This document shows positions 50,858 to 61,055 of a stretch of 64,000 nucleotides of DNA, in pieces. Each line of letters opens with the position of its first letter. The first letter of the stretch is position 1. Source of the DNA: Candidatus Latescibacterota bacterium (GTDB taxonomy: Bacteria > Latescibacterota > UBA2968); NCBI GenBank assembly GCA_965222605.1, contig OZ244960.1, positions 3,968,001 through 4,032,000 on the forward strand, given 5' to 3'. The translations under genes were made by a program, and so were the position numbers. Under the pieces are notes generated by a model. That model was not told the DNA's origin and made no database searches. It saw nothing but the letters and a program-made list of their open reading frames with translations.

Positions 50858-51946
50858 ATGAAATTGACGCTTTCGATACCGCGTTCTCGTCCGGCGCATC
50901 TGGCGAGCTTTTCCGCCCCAGATGGATGTGAAGCACCGTTGTTGCAGTTAAAGGGTAGAGGTGAGGTACTGATTGCCGAGCGCGATCCGTCTGCACCTGT
51001 GTATCACGTCAATCTGCCCGCGCTGGGCGGGGGTGAGGAAGCGAGTTTTGAGGTTTTGGCATTGGATAGTGCAGATGCGGCTGCGGGGATTGTGTCGCAT
51101 GATGCCGATGGCGAGCTAAGTGTTTCTCTGTCGGGTTCGCCATTTATGACGTTTCACCATACGACGGATTATCCCAAGCCGGTTATCAATCCGATTTTAA
51201 CGCCGAATGGGACCAATATGTTGCGCGAGCCGATGGCGGCATGGGGGGAGGGTGAACATCCCTGGCAGCGGGGTTTGACCTTGATGCAGGGTGCTATAAA
51301 TGGGGTGGATTGCTGGAACGAGCGGCCCAACCAACCGGGATATGGGCGCACGGCGCAGGACGATGTTTCTATTTCGCACAATCCATTGTCTCTTGTGATC
51401 GCTTCGGAAAATACGTGGTATGAAGGCGACCGCGCGTTGATGACCGATAGTCGTTCTTATCGGCTATACGATTCGGGTCGAGATGTCGCGGTTCTGGATA
51501 TTGCGCTTACTCTCAAGGCTTCTCACGGTGCTGTGACGATTGGGGATACCAAAGAAGGCGGCTTTTTGTGCATTCGCGTGAATCCGTCGATGAATGCCAA
51601 TGCCGGTGGGCAGATGCGCAATGCCTATGGCGCGACCGATGAGACGGGGTGCTGGTCGTTGCCCTCACATTGGATGGATTACTACGGTCCTGTGGGCGAT
51701 GAGGTGGCCGGGTTTGCCATTTTTGATCATCCGCAGAATTTCCGATATCCAACGACATGGCATGTGCGCGGTTATGGGTTGTTTGCGCCCAATTGCTGGA
51801 TGTTCAAGCCCGATCACCTTTTGGCCGAAGGCGCGTCTATGACGTTTTGCTGGCGCGTGATTGTTCACACAGGGGATACGGCGCAGGCCGATATTGCGAA
51901 TCGCTTTTTGGATTATGTGGATGGGCCGCGTGTGGCGTGGGCGTAG
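50858..51946 (+). CDS. DUF6807/'PmoA-family' hypothetical protein (not a true pMMO subunit)
   Basis: KPVINP, EHPWQRG, GDTKEGG, FDHPQNFRYPTTWHVRGYGLFAPN. Confidence 0.75.
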   Translation: MKLTLSIPRSRPAHLASFSAPDGCEAPLLQLKGRGEVLIAERDPSAPVYHVNLPALGGGEEASFEVLALDSADAAAGIVSHDADGELSVSLSGSPFMTFHHTTDYPKPVINPILTPNGTNMLREPMAAWGEGEHPWQRGLTLMQGAINGVDCWNERPNQPGYGRTAQDDVSISHNPLSLVIASENTWYEGDRALMTDSRSYRLYDSGRDVAVLDIALTLKASHGAVTIGDTKEGGFLCIRVNPSMNANAGGQMRNAYGATDETGCWSLPSHWMDYYGPVGDEVAGFAIFDHPQNFRYPTTWHVRGYGLFAPNCWMFKPDHLLAEGASMTFCWRVIVHTGDTAQADIANRFLDYVDGPRVAWA

Positions 51947-52070
51947 ATTGCATAATTTGTCCTGAAGGCGTAGTGGAATAACAAAAAATTGCCTTTGGGT
52001 CAAGAGGTCTTTATGCTATATTGCCAGATAGTTACACTCCACATTTACTAACGCGAGAGGAATTCAGGAT

Positions 52071-52358
52071 ATGGCTGTCACAGACCGATCACAAGAAACT
52101 GATAGGCACATCGGGCGGCTTGAAGGCATCATAGAGCAAATGGTTAAAGACCAGGCCGAGTATAGACAAGACATGCGTGCCATATCAAAAGGCACCATAG
52201 ATCAAATGGTTAAAGACCAGGCCGAGTATAGACAAGACATGCGTGCCATATCAAATCGTATAGATAACGTGACAAACCGTATAGATAAATTATTATATTG
52301 GCAATTGGGACTCTTGTCTGTGATTATCGGCGGTATAATCGGTATCTATTTCAAGTGA
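52071..52358 (+). CDS. Small coiled-coil protein with C-terminal TM helix and internal 22-aa duplication
   Basis: QMVKDQAEYRQDMRAIS occurs twice (66-bp period); C-terminal LLYWQLGLLSVIIGGIIGIYF. Confidence 0.7.
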   Translation: MAVTDRSQETDRHIGRLEGIIEQMVKDQAEYRQDMRAISKGTIDQMVKDQAEYRQDMRAISNRIDNVTNRIDKLLYWQLGLLSVIIGGIIGIYFK

Positions 52359-52400
52359 TGATAAAGAGTCCTCCGACACAGAAATTTCAATTTATTTTTC

Positions 52401-52430
52401 AAGCCTCGAGTTATCTCGAGGCTTTTCTTT
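52401..52430. terminator. Intrinsic terminator between convergent genes
   Basis: aagcctcgag-ttat-ctcgaggctt followed by a T-rich tail. Confidence 0.75.
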
Positions 52431-52474
52431 TTCAATCTTAGTATAGCTTTCAGGAATTGAGTGGCTGATTACTT

Positions 52475-53188
52475 TTAACAACAACCTTTGACATCGGTGC
52501 CGGGTTCGGAATGGCAGCGGATAAATTCGTAAAAAAACGCGCCTGTAGTTGCGCCGAGAATGGGGCCGAATACGTAAGCGGAGAAATGGGTCCAATCACC
52601 GGCGGCCAGAGCGGGACCGAGGCTGCGTGCTGGGTTCATGGAGGCACCACAGAGCGGACCGGCAAACATGGCTTCAAACCATACGGTTCCGCCAATGGCC
52701 AGGCCGGCTGCCTGACCTGTGGCGCGGTAGTCTGTGGCAACGGCCATAATGACGAGCATTAAAAAAAAAGTGAGCAAGAATTCCCAGATGAAAGCTGTGG
52801 CAAATAGGTTATCCATCGGTTGTGTAACACCCAGGTTGAGGGTCTGCTGTGGGTGTTTTGCTTTCAGGATGGGTGTGAGAGACCAGAGGTGAATGCCGCT
52901 GGCGGCGATGGCACCGAGGCATTGCGCTGCGATGTAGGGGAGAATTTCGCGTTTGGGAAAGTGACGGGTGAAGGCAAAGGCAGTGGTGACGGCGGGGTTA
53001 AAGTGCGCGCCTGATATGTGCCCGGTGGCGTAAACCATTGTCATGATGATGAGGCCAAAGGATGTTGCAATGCCCACATGGGTGATGGTGCCTTCGGATA
53101 GCTGGTTGATGGCGATGGCTCCGCATCCGCCAAAGACGATGGCAAATGCGCCGATAAATTCAGCACCACATTTTTTGAGCAGGTTCAT
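52475..53188 (-). CDS. MIP family aquaporin/aquaglyceroporin
   Basis: SGAHFNPAVT and SMNPARS NPA motifs; ends in KGCC. Confidence 0.93.
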   Translation of the reverse strand: MNLLKKCGAEFIGAFAIVFGGCGAIAINQLSEGTITHVGIATSFGLIIMTMVYATGHISGAHFNPAVTTAFAFTRHFPKREILPYIAAQCLGAIAASGIHLWSLTPILKAKHPQQTLNLGVTQPMDNLFATAFIWEFLLTFFLMLVIMAVATDYRATGQAAGLAIGGTVWFEAMFAGPLCGASMNPARSLGPALAAGDWTHFSAYVFGPILGATTGAFFYEFIRCHSEPGTDVKGCC

Positions 53189-54780
53189 GGCGTCCATTTT
53201 TGGATATCGGCGAGGATTTTTTCGGCATCGGGGTGGTCGGGTTGCAGGCGCAGCGCGGTTTGCAATTGTTGGACGGCGAGGTCAAAGCGCTGTTGTTCGG
53301 CATGGAGATAGCCCAGATGGATGTGTGACGGCACGTGAACTGGGCTGATGGCGATTGCGCGCATATAACCATCTATTGCGCGTTCATATTCTCCTTTTTG
53401 GCGGGCGATCTCGGCCATTTGGAAATGCGGGCGGTGGTCGTCAGAGGTGAGGTCGGCGTATTTCTGAAAGGCCTCATAAGCGCTGTCTATCTGTTCGGTT
53501 GCGAGATAGCTCAGGCCGAGGTGATAGCGCGGGATGACGTAATTGGGTTCGACTTCGATGGCTTTTGAAAAGGCTTTGATCGCTGCGTCATGACGCTCGA
53601 TAAGGTGGAAAATGGTGCCGAGGCGAAAATGGACGCGGGTGAATTGGGTGTTGTGCGCTGCGGCTTTTTGAAGGTGGTCAACGGCTTTTTCGTGCTCCCC
53701 TTTGCGGTGTGCAATCAGGCCGAGTTTGAAATGTGCATCTGCGAGTGTGGAATCGCGTTGTAGGGCTTGATGGTAGTAATCTGTGGCTTCGTCGATGCGG
53801 TCGAGTTCGTTATAAGCATTGGCCAATTCATAACAGGCAATGGGATCATCCGGGTTGGCCTGGATGGCCTGGCGCAGTTGGGAAGTGATTGTTTCAAAGG
53901 TTTGGGCATATTGATTAAAAAACATGCCGGATAAGGCTGCCTGAATATCGGGGTTTATGGGCGACTGCTGGATGGCCTGTTCGAGTTCGCTCATGGCTTC
54001 GTCTATTCGTCCACGCCTTTTGAGGAGAAGGGCCAGGCGATAGCGCGCGACAACGTGTTCAAAGTCGATTTTGAGGGCGTTGCGATAGGTATTTTCCGCT
54101 TCTGTTATTTTGTTGCGCGTTTCGTAGATGCGCCCGAGATAATAGTGGGGCATCGCGCTTTTGGCATCGCGTTGGACGGCGCGTTTTAGGCCGCCTTCGG
54201 CCTGTGTAAGCAGAGCGTCGTCAATGGGAGATTGCCGCAGTGCCCGATGCAGTGCCATCATGCTTTCGGTTGCCAGGCGAAGCGCTTCTGCATCGTGAAA
54301 CATGGGCATTTGCAGACGGGTTTTTTCATGGGGTGTCAGGGTTACGTTTAACTGATCTGTAATGGCGTAGAGCACGGGCAAGATGGCGTCGAGCGGTGCA
54401 GAGGTGGATGCCTGACCCGTAAAGGTTTCGATGACTTCGCCTGTGGATGCCTGGAGCATGTCGGTTTCGATTTGGATGCGCGATCCCGCAATGTGATAGC
54501 GCCCGCTTAAAATCAGGTGGATGTCCAATTTTTTTGCGAGGTCAGAGGAGCTTACCGGCGTGTCTCCGAGTTTGTGGCGCAGATATTCTTCGTCAACGGC
54601 ATGTATTTTGGGCACATGGTAATAGGCGTTGACATACCCTTCGACAATGGCTGCGGAGAGCCAATTCCACTGCGGGTCGCCCAGTGTGTTTTCATGTGGC
54701 AATACGGCGATGTTCCACTGAGCGTAGATGGGCGCGTGGATCAGGGTGATGAGGATGCTGAGTTTGAGGAGTTTTTTCAT
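53185..54780 (-). CDS. Secreted TPR protein with TolB-N/CsgG-like N-terminal domain
   Basis: Signal peptide, IAVLPHEN...WLS, then many TPRs. Confidence 0.85.
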   Translation of the reverse strand: MKKLLKLSILITLIHAPIYAQWNIAVLPHENTLGDPQWNWLSAAIVEGYVNAYYHVPKIHAVDEEYLRHKLGDTPVSSSDLAKKLDIHLILSGRYHIAGSRIQIETDMLQASTGEVIETFTGQASTSAPLDAILPVLYAITDQLNVTLTPHEKTRLQMPMFHDAEALRLATESMMALHRALRQSPIDDALLTQAEGGLKRAVQRDAKSAMPHYYLGRIYETRNKITEAENTYRNALKIDFEHVVARYRLALLLKRRGRIDEAMSELEQAIQQSPINPDIQAALSGMFFNQYAQTFETITSQLRQAIQANPDDPIACYELANAYNELDRIDEATDYYHQALQRDSTLADAHFKLGLIAHRKGEHEKAVDHLQKAAAHNTQFTRVHFRLGTIFHLIERHDAAIKAFSKAIEVEPNYVIPRYHLGLSYLATEQIDSAYEAFQKYADLTSDDHRPHFQMAEIARQKGEYERAIDGYMRAIAISPVHVPSHIHLGYLHAEQQRFDLAVQQLQTALRLQPDHPDAEKILADIQKWTP

Positions 54781-54781
54781 G

Positions 54782-56569
54782 TCACTTCTTACCTGTCTTT
54801 AAGTTTTCATCATTATATGTGACATAGAGAAATGCGGTACACATTTCATCGGTTGATTTTTCACCCCATCGCACCAGCCGGGGCGGATTGTTGGGGTTTC
54901 GGGGGTTGTCGGCAGAGTTGTCGTAAAAAGCTTCGAGCGCGATGCGGGTGCCGCGCGGGAGTGCAATGGGTGTTTTGTACACGTAGGTTTCTTGCCAGTT
55001 GAAGTCCCAGGGTTTGACCCATATTAAGGGTTTGTGCGTGCCGTCGGGATAGGTCGCGGTTATTTTCATTTCTGTGCCGAGCAGGTGCATGTGGGGCAAG
55101 ATGCCGAGCAGGTGCTGGTCGCGGGTGATGGTGATTGAGCCGGTTACTCTGTGTTGTTTGATGTTGGGCGGGATGAAAAGCAAACGGCTGTTGATGACTT
55201 CTTCTCTGAGCTGTTTTTGAACGGGTTTTTTTGCAAAGTAGATTCCCAGTCGAGAATGATCTTTTACGGCGCGACCAATTTTGTGGTAGTGGATCTGAAG
55301 AATGATGTCGCTGTTGGGCGGTAAATCGCGGCCTATGCCATCTGGAAGGACAAAGGGGGTGTTGCCGGGTGCCCAACCGCCCAGAGATTCGTAGATGGGT
55401 ACGCCAATGCCGCCAAAGCAAGGATATCCAGGCGAGGGTGCGTTTTCCTGTTGCAGACGCGCTTTGCCAGAGATATCGATGTACACGCTGACGTGGTGGA
55501 CGACTTCGCGTTCTCCAGGCAGTACTTCAATGGCCGATACGTAGTTGCCTGTGTCCTGTTTTGTGGGCAAGACAAAGCAGCGGTATTCGTCGCGGCCCGT
55601 GGCTTCGAGTGGATAGGGTGCTTCGGGTTCAAGGGTCAGGTCGGGCGTGCCCAGGGTCCAGCTTTTGGAAAATGCGATGGGTTCGGGGCGGTCTGCGGGA
55701 TTGCCCTGGGGCATGCCGCCGTTGACCCATTGCGCGAAGGTGTGGATTTCGGCGTCTGTGAGGCTGCGGGAATTTTTGAAGTCGCCGTATTCGGGACGCG
55801 CTTTCCAGGGTGGCATGATGCGAGCTTCAATGGAGTCGCGCATCTGATAGGCCCATGCGAGTACTTCTGTGTAGTCGAAAAAGGGCACGCGACCGATGCC
55901 GCCGGGGCGATGACAATTCTGGCAGCGGTTTTGCAGAAGGGGCAGGATATCGCGATAAAATGTTGGGGTCGAAGTGCCCGCCGCGGTTGTTGGCCGGGGT
56001 GTGCGTCTGATTTCACAGCCAAAACTGGGCAGGTTGGTGTTGTCGATTTCGCGGTTGGCGAGCAGTGCATCGAGGGCGTCCCACAAACCGCGCGAGGTCG
56101 TATCTTCGGGTATGCCCCAGCCGTTGTCGATTTCGCCCTTGTAGCGCAGGCGGCGTTGGGCGTCAAAGAGAAAGGCATGGGGGGTGTGTGTCGCGCCGAG
56201 GTGATCGGCGAGTTTGTTGTGCGGGTCGCGCAGGACAGCGAAGGGTACGGGGTTTTGGACGTAGTGTTTTTTGATGTCTTTGTCGGTTTCGTTAAAATTG
56301 GCATTTACAGATATCAGGTGTACGCCTCTGGGGGCATACTGATCGTGTATTTGTGTGCGGTGGATATCGTATTTTAGCGAGGCGGGGCAGACGACGGAGC
56401 TGAAGATGATGACGAGTGCGCGGTTCTGAGATAAATCACTGAGGGCAACGGGCGAGCCGTTGAGGTCGGCAAGGGTAAAATCATTGAGGGTATCGCCGAT
56501 CTGGAGGGGGGCTGCCCAGGGGTGAAGCGGGAGGGCGAGAAAGAGTGCGATGAAGAGAGGGCATTTCAT
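54782..56569 (-). CDS. Redoxin + cytochrome c + copper type II ascorbate-dependent monooxygenase-like protein
   Basis: FTLADLNG, CPAS; CQNCH with MPPW; VVHH, QIHYH, PHMH, WDFNWQ, DEMC. Confidence 0.85.
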   Translation of the reverse strand: MKCPLFIALFLALPLHPWAAPLQIGDTLNDFTLADLNGSPVALSDLSQNRALVIIFSSVVCPASLKYDIHRTQIHDQYAPRGVHLISVNANFNETDKDIKKHYVQNPVPFAVLRDPHNKLADHLGATHTPHAFLFDAQRRLRYKGEIDNGWGIPEDTTSRGLWDALDALLANREIDNTNLPSFGCEIRRTPRPTTAAGTSTPTFYRDILPLLQNRCQNCHRPGGIGRVPFFDYTEVLAWAYQMRDSIEARIMPPWKARPEYGDFKNSRSLTDAEIHTFAQWVNGGMPQGNPADRPEPIAFSKSWTLGTPDLTLEPEAPYPLEATGRDEYRCFVLPTKQDTGNYVSAIEVLPGEREVVHHVSVYIDISGKARLQQENAPSPGYPCFGGIGVPIYESLGGWAPGNTPFVLPDGIGRDLPPNSDIILQIHYHKIGRAVKDHSRLGIYFAKKPVQKQLREEVINSRLLFIPPNIKQHRVTGSITITRDQHLLGILPHMHLLGTEMKITATYPDGTHKPLIWVKPWDFNWQETYVYKTPIALPRGTRIALEAFYDNSADNPRNPNNPPRLVRWGEKSTDEMCTAFLYVTYNDENLKTGKK

Positions 56570-56574
56570 GGTGA

Positions 56575-57294
56575 TCAGGTATTGCGTTTACGCAAGTAGT
56601 CGATGAGGAAGATGACGGTGATTAGTCCAAAAAATCCGGCGATTGATAGGGCGATATAGTGGCTTTCGTGTGGGAGCCGCCAGTATTGTATTATAGTAAA
56701 TATAAGGGTGGGGACAAAGAAGATAAGCGCGCCCATCAAGGCATATCCCGACTGTGTGGCGGGTTCGGGCTGAGGGGGCGTGCTTGGGGCGTGAGTCGTG
56801 GGCTGTTGCGGGGGTTGGGTCGGCTGAATGGTCGGGGGTGCCGCTTCGGGTGGTTTGACGCGGGCGAGCATTTCTATGACGCTTTTGCGATAGCTGTTGT
56901 CGGCAGAGGCATATACGCTCCAAAATGCCGCGATTTCTTCGGCACCCGTGCGGGTAAATTTCTTTTCGAGTGCGCGTTTTAGCTCAAGAGAAAGTTCGGC
57001 GGGTGCTTTTTTTTGATGTTTTCGAAGGTCGTCGAGAATATGCGTGAGGCTGGCGTCGTACCCGTGAATCCAGGGATAGGTGGCGTGTTGGAGCAATTTT
57101 TCATCGGAGTTTGCGCCGCCAAATTCACGGAGATATGCATCAATGAGTTTTTTTCGCCCGATTTTAGACCCTGCGCCGGGGAAGTGTTTTGCCCGCAATT
57201 TGCTGTCGCGTTGAAAGGGCAAATAGAGATGGTCGTGATCCGCTATTTCGAGGATGCGTTTGAATGCGTTGAGGAGTGTTTGGCGGTGGGACAT
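56575..57294 (-). CDS. Hypothetical membrane protein with Pro-rich linker and two C-terminal TM helices
   Basis: Open frame in a co-oriented run of genes; PPEAAPPTIQPTQPP linker. Confidence 0.65.
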   Translation of the reverse strand: MSHRQTLLNAFKRILEIADHDHLYLPFQRDSKLRAKHFPGAGSKIGRKKLIDAYLREFGGANSDEKLLQHATYPWIHGYDASLTHILDDLRKHQKKAPAELSLELKRALEKKFTRTGAEEIAAFWSVYASADNSYRKSVIEMLARVKPPEAAPPTIQPTQPPQQPTTHAPSTPPQPEPATQSGYALMGALIFFVPTLIFTIIQYWRLPHESHYIALSIAGFFGLITVIFLIDYLRKRNT

Positions 57295-57295
57295 G

Positions 57296-57456
57296 AAAAG
57301 CAACCACAGATGGACACGGATGAACACCGATGATCCCGCATGGGATTATATATGAAAGGAATGTATCCTGGGGTATGTAGGGGCGATGCCCCTGTGCCCG
57401 CCCGTGTTGAAATAGGCTCCTCAGGAATAGGGACAACCACAGGGGGTTGTCCCTAC
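57296..57456. repeat. 27-bp repeat plus an inverted pair of GTAG-type REP palindromes
   Basis: 57296-57322 matches 6461-6487; gtaggggcgatgcccctgtgcccgccc (57377) and gggacaaccacagggggttgtccctac (ends 57456). Confidence 0.75.
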
Positions 57457-57460
57457 TTTT

Positions 57461-58762
57461 TTAGTTGATTGTTTTTCCAAAGTTCGAGACAAACATGAGA
57501 AAGTCGGGGAAATCTACTGTGCCGGATCCGTCGAGATCAAAGGTCGTATTGGCCGTGCCAAAGGCGCCTACGAACAAGAGGAAGTCCTGAAAGTCAATGG
57601 TACTCGAGCCATCGAAGTCGGTGCGTGGATCAGCGGGGATGAAGATGGCTGATCCGGTGATGGTCAGACTGATTGAGGCTTTTTCTGGGTCGTCTGAGAT
57701 TATGTCGATGGTACCGGTAATTGGTCCTTCGGCTGGTGGATTGAAAGTCACTGTGATATTCTGGGATTGGCCGGGTGGCACTGTAAGCGAGGTTTCTGAA
57801 AATGCAATGCCCGCGATGTTGGATTGGATGTCTGTGATGGTGAGCGGACCTGAGCCGCTATTTGTGATAGTGAATGTTGTTGTGACTTCCCGGCCCACTT
57901 GGATTTCACCGAGGCTCAAGTTTTCCTGAATTAGTGAAATGACCGGGAGTTGGGGTGCTTCAATGGTGAGATTGATAAAGGGGATTTCCAGGGTGCCAAC
58001 ACTTTGTTCGCCGTGTTGGAGGGTGATTTTACCCGAGAATGTGCCGGCCTGTGTTGGTGTCAGAGTGATTTGTACGGTTTTGCTTTCGCCGGGAGCTATG
58101 GTCAGTGTGGATGGCTCCATTGTGATGCCTTCGGGAGCCGAGTATCCGGTGATTTCGAGGGGTCCTGCGCCGGTGTTTTCGATCTTAAATTCTACGGTTT
58201 TGGACTGCCCTACTTCAAGGGTTCTGCCAAAGTAAAGCTCTCGTGGAAATAGGGCAATAACGGGCGTTTTGTTGAGAAGTGCGTCGATTTGCACGTTGAT
58301 CTGGGTATGAGAGCCGGGGGCGATTGCAGTGGTTTTAAGGCGCAGGATGCCTCCCTGGTCAATGACGAGGATATCTTCGTTACGGGTGCCGAGGTTTCTG
58401 GAGACGCCAGAGGCATTTGTGAGCATGGGCGTCGTTACCGTGGATCGTGTTATATAGGATTGGACTTGTGCGCGGTTGCCATCGTATCTGTCGAGTGTGA
58501 GGATCTGTACGCCGGCTTTGTCTTTGTTGGGTTGGTAAATATCTTTTTCGAAGTCGGGCCCTGCCCCTATGCAAGTTCCTCAGTTGTAGCCGACAAAAAA
58601 GAGGACGGAGACCGTGTTGTTCGAATGGCTGACGCCGTAAAACCTGCCATCGGTGGCCTGGAGTTGAAATTCGTTTATTTTTTCCCCAAGGTTGGACTGG
58701 GCAAAAGCGGTTGTGCATAAGCACAAAAATAGGGCGAGAGAGAAAAATCGCAGGTGTTTCAT
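57461..58762 (-). CDS. Secreted selenocysteine (UxxC) redoxin with Ig-like (ASH/choice-of-anchor D) domains and an EF-hand/dockerin-like tail
   Basis: The 60-aa ORF ends at TGA (58582-58580) in LFFVGYN-U-GTC; reading continues without stops into the 321-aa ORF, giving 433 aa; tail DFDGSSTIDFQDF / DLDGSGTVDFPDF. Confidence 0.88.
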
Positions 58763-58914
58763 GGTGTTCCTCCATAAGGTGATTGCTGATTGCCGATAGC
58801 TAATATACTAAATCGCGTTCAAAATGTCACGGGGTTTGCGCTTGATTTTGGGGTTTGGTTTATCTACATTGTGGAAACGTTTCGGCTATTTCGGGGTTCC
58901 CATTTTTTTCTTTT

Positions 58915-60048
58915 ATGTCTTTATCTCTAAATGACTTTGAATCTGTGGTTCAGCGTGCGATCGCGCACCGCGATGGTGGCGATTTAGAAGCGGCAGTTGC
59001 GGGTTTTGATGCGGCGATTGCGGTGTGTGATAGCGATCCCGTTGTGTTTGTTCATCGCGGGATTACTTATGGACAACTGGGGCAGTTTGATGCGGCGATT
59101 GCGGATTTTGACCGCGCAATCGCTCTGGCGCCGAATGATCCATGGGTGTGGAGTAATCGCGCGATTGCCTGCGGGTTGATGGGGCAGTTTGATGCGGCGA
59201 TAGATAGTTTTGGAAAGGCTGTTGCGCTCGATCCAGAAGATACGCAGACACTTGCGAGTCGGGGAGAAACCCTGCGCGAGATGGGGCGGTTTGAGGAGGC
59301 ACTGGGGGATCTCAACCGGGTTTTGGCGTTGGATGCAGATTATTTTGGCGCGTTGATCAGCCGCGGGCATGTGTTGATGCAATTGGGGCAATTCGATGCG
59401 GCTGCGGCCGATTTTGACCGGGCGATTGCAGTGGGCAATGGGCATCCGGATGCGTTTGCCGGACGGGCGGAGGTCTATCGACAAATGGGTGAAGCTGAGG
59501 CTGCGATGGAGATGTTTGGGCAGGCACTCGAGGCGATGCCCGATCATCTGGGTGCATTGATTGGGCGGGGCGAGGTGCTGCGAGAGTGCGATCAATTGGA
59601 GGACGCGTTTTTGGATTTCGATCGCGCACTCATTATCGCACCTGATGACCCGGATTTGTTGTCCGCGCGGGGTGATATGTTGCGGCAATTGGGGCGAAGT
59701 GCCGAAGCAATACGCGATTTTACACGGGCGCTGGAGATTTTTCCCGATCATCTGTGGGCGCTTATGGGGCGAGGCGTTGCGTTGCGAATGGACAATGATC
59801 CCGAGGCGTCACTGGTCGATTTTGATCGGGCGGTGATGCTGCAGAACGGAGATGCGTGGATTTGGGCAAATCGCGGGGAGTCCCGAAGGATGCTGGGGCA
59901 GTATGAGGCAGCGGTTTCAGATTTTACGCGGGCGTTGGATATTGATCCGGAAAATGGATGGGCACGAGAACTTCGCGCGGAGACGTTTCGGCAAATGGGG
60001 CGATTTGCCGAGGCGGTTGAAGATATGAATCGGGCACGGGCGCAATGA
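58915..60048 (+). CDS. Tetratricopeptide-repeat protein
   Basis: Regular 34-aa repeats (RG..Y..LGQFDAAIADFDRAIAL.P). Confidence 0.92.
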   Translation: MSLSLNDFESVVQRAIAHRDGGDLEAAVAGFDAAIAVCDSDPVVFVHRGITYGQLGQFDAAIADFDRAIALAPNDPWVWSNRAIACGLMGQFDAAIDSFGKAVALDPEDTQTLASRGETLREMGRFEEALGDLNRVLALDADYFGALISRGHVLMQLGQFDAAAADFDRAIAVGNGHPDAFAGRAEVYRQMGEAEAAMEMFGQALEAMPDHLGALIGRGEVLRECDQLEDAFLDFDRALIIAPDDPDLLSARGDMLRQLGRSAEAIRDFTRALEIFPDHLWALMGRGVALRMDNDPEASLVDFDRAVMLQNGDAWIWANRGESRRMLGQYEAAVSDFTRALDIDPENGWARELRAETFRQMGRFAEAVEDMNRARAQ

Positions 60049-61055
60049 GCGAGTCTCATCATATTGTTATTGCAGATCGCACGGTTCCGTTTGAGGAGAC
60101 CATTGCACAGTTTGGAGAAGCACTGTCCAAAAAGTGTCGGTTTCAAACGCGCGCACGGCGATTTTACGATACGGTGTGGATCGCCGATTGTTATACGGAT
60201 TACGTGCAGTCGGCGCTGTTTCGCAAATACGAAGGGCCGTTGATGGAGGGTATTGCGCTTCGCACGATGGGCAAAGGGCTTTCCAAACAGCAGGTGCTGG
60301 CTGGGGCGATGGCAGAGGCGGTCGAGCGCATTTCGTTTTTTGACGCGCTGGCAAGCGGGCGGGAGACTCCGATTTATGAGTTGACTTCCGGTGTCGAGCT
60401 CGTGCTGACCGATATGAAGGCGTCGGATGTGCCACATTTGAATGATTCGGCAAATGGCGTCTCGGCGGGCAATACCGTGCTGGAGTGCGTGTTTCACGGT
60501 TTGCTGGAGATGCACGAGCACCTGGATGTGGGGAGGCATTTTTACTGGCCGGGATTGGAACATCGGCAATTTATCGATCCAAATTTGACGGGTTTTTTCC
60601 CTCGTGTCGCAGAGAAGATGCTGGCTGTGGCAGTGCCGGGGGAAAATGAGAAGGTGACGACGGTTCACGCGGTGGTGTGTCCCAAAGATTTGGGATCTCT
60701 GGTGCGTACGTGTACGCATTTGGATGGTCGCGTGGCGTTGCAGCGGGCGTTTAATGAGACTGTTCAGAGTCACAAAACGCGGTTTGTATCTGATTTGCAG
60801 ACTTTTGGTGCCGAGATTGCGCTGTGGGATTTGCCCAATCATTTTACGGATGATTTGATAACCGATATTCAGGTGGTGTTGAGCGGTATGAAATCTTCGG
60901 TTTATGTGCAAGATTGGACAGATCCAGAGATGCAAATTCCGGTGTTGCGACCATTTAGTTTAAAGACTGCAGAACACGAGCGGAACCACGCGATGATCGA
61001 GACGTATGTGCATCGCATTATGGTGGATTCGGGCAATTATATTGTGTGGACGTGA
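60045..61055 (+). CDS. Compact YcaO-like protein
   Basis: MGKGLS....AGAMAEAVER and SANGVSAGNT..E...HGLLEMHE ATP-binding motifs; ALQRAFNE; DWT...IPVLR. Confidence 0.75.
   Translation: MSESHHIVIADRTVPFEETIAQFGEALSKKCRFQTRARRFYDTVWIADCYTDYVQSALFRKYEGPLMEGIALRTMGKGLSKQQVLAGAMAEAVERISFFDALASGRETPIYELTSGVELVLTDMKASDVPHLNDSANGVSAGNTVLECVFHGLLEMHEHLDVGRHFYWPGLEHRQFIDPNLTGFFPRVAEKMLAVAVPGENEKVTTVHAVVCPKDLGSLVRTCTHLDGRVALQRAFNETVQSHKTRFVSDLQTFGAEIALWDLPNHFTDDLITDIQVVLSGMKSSVYVQDWTDPEMQIPVLRPFSLKTAEHERNHAMIETYVHRIMVDSGNYIVWT

Noticed and set aside
50858-51946. Particulate methane monooxygenase subunit
   Set aside because: Soluble beta-rich sequence with no TM helices and no pmoBC; the 'PmoA family' label is only a database name.
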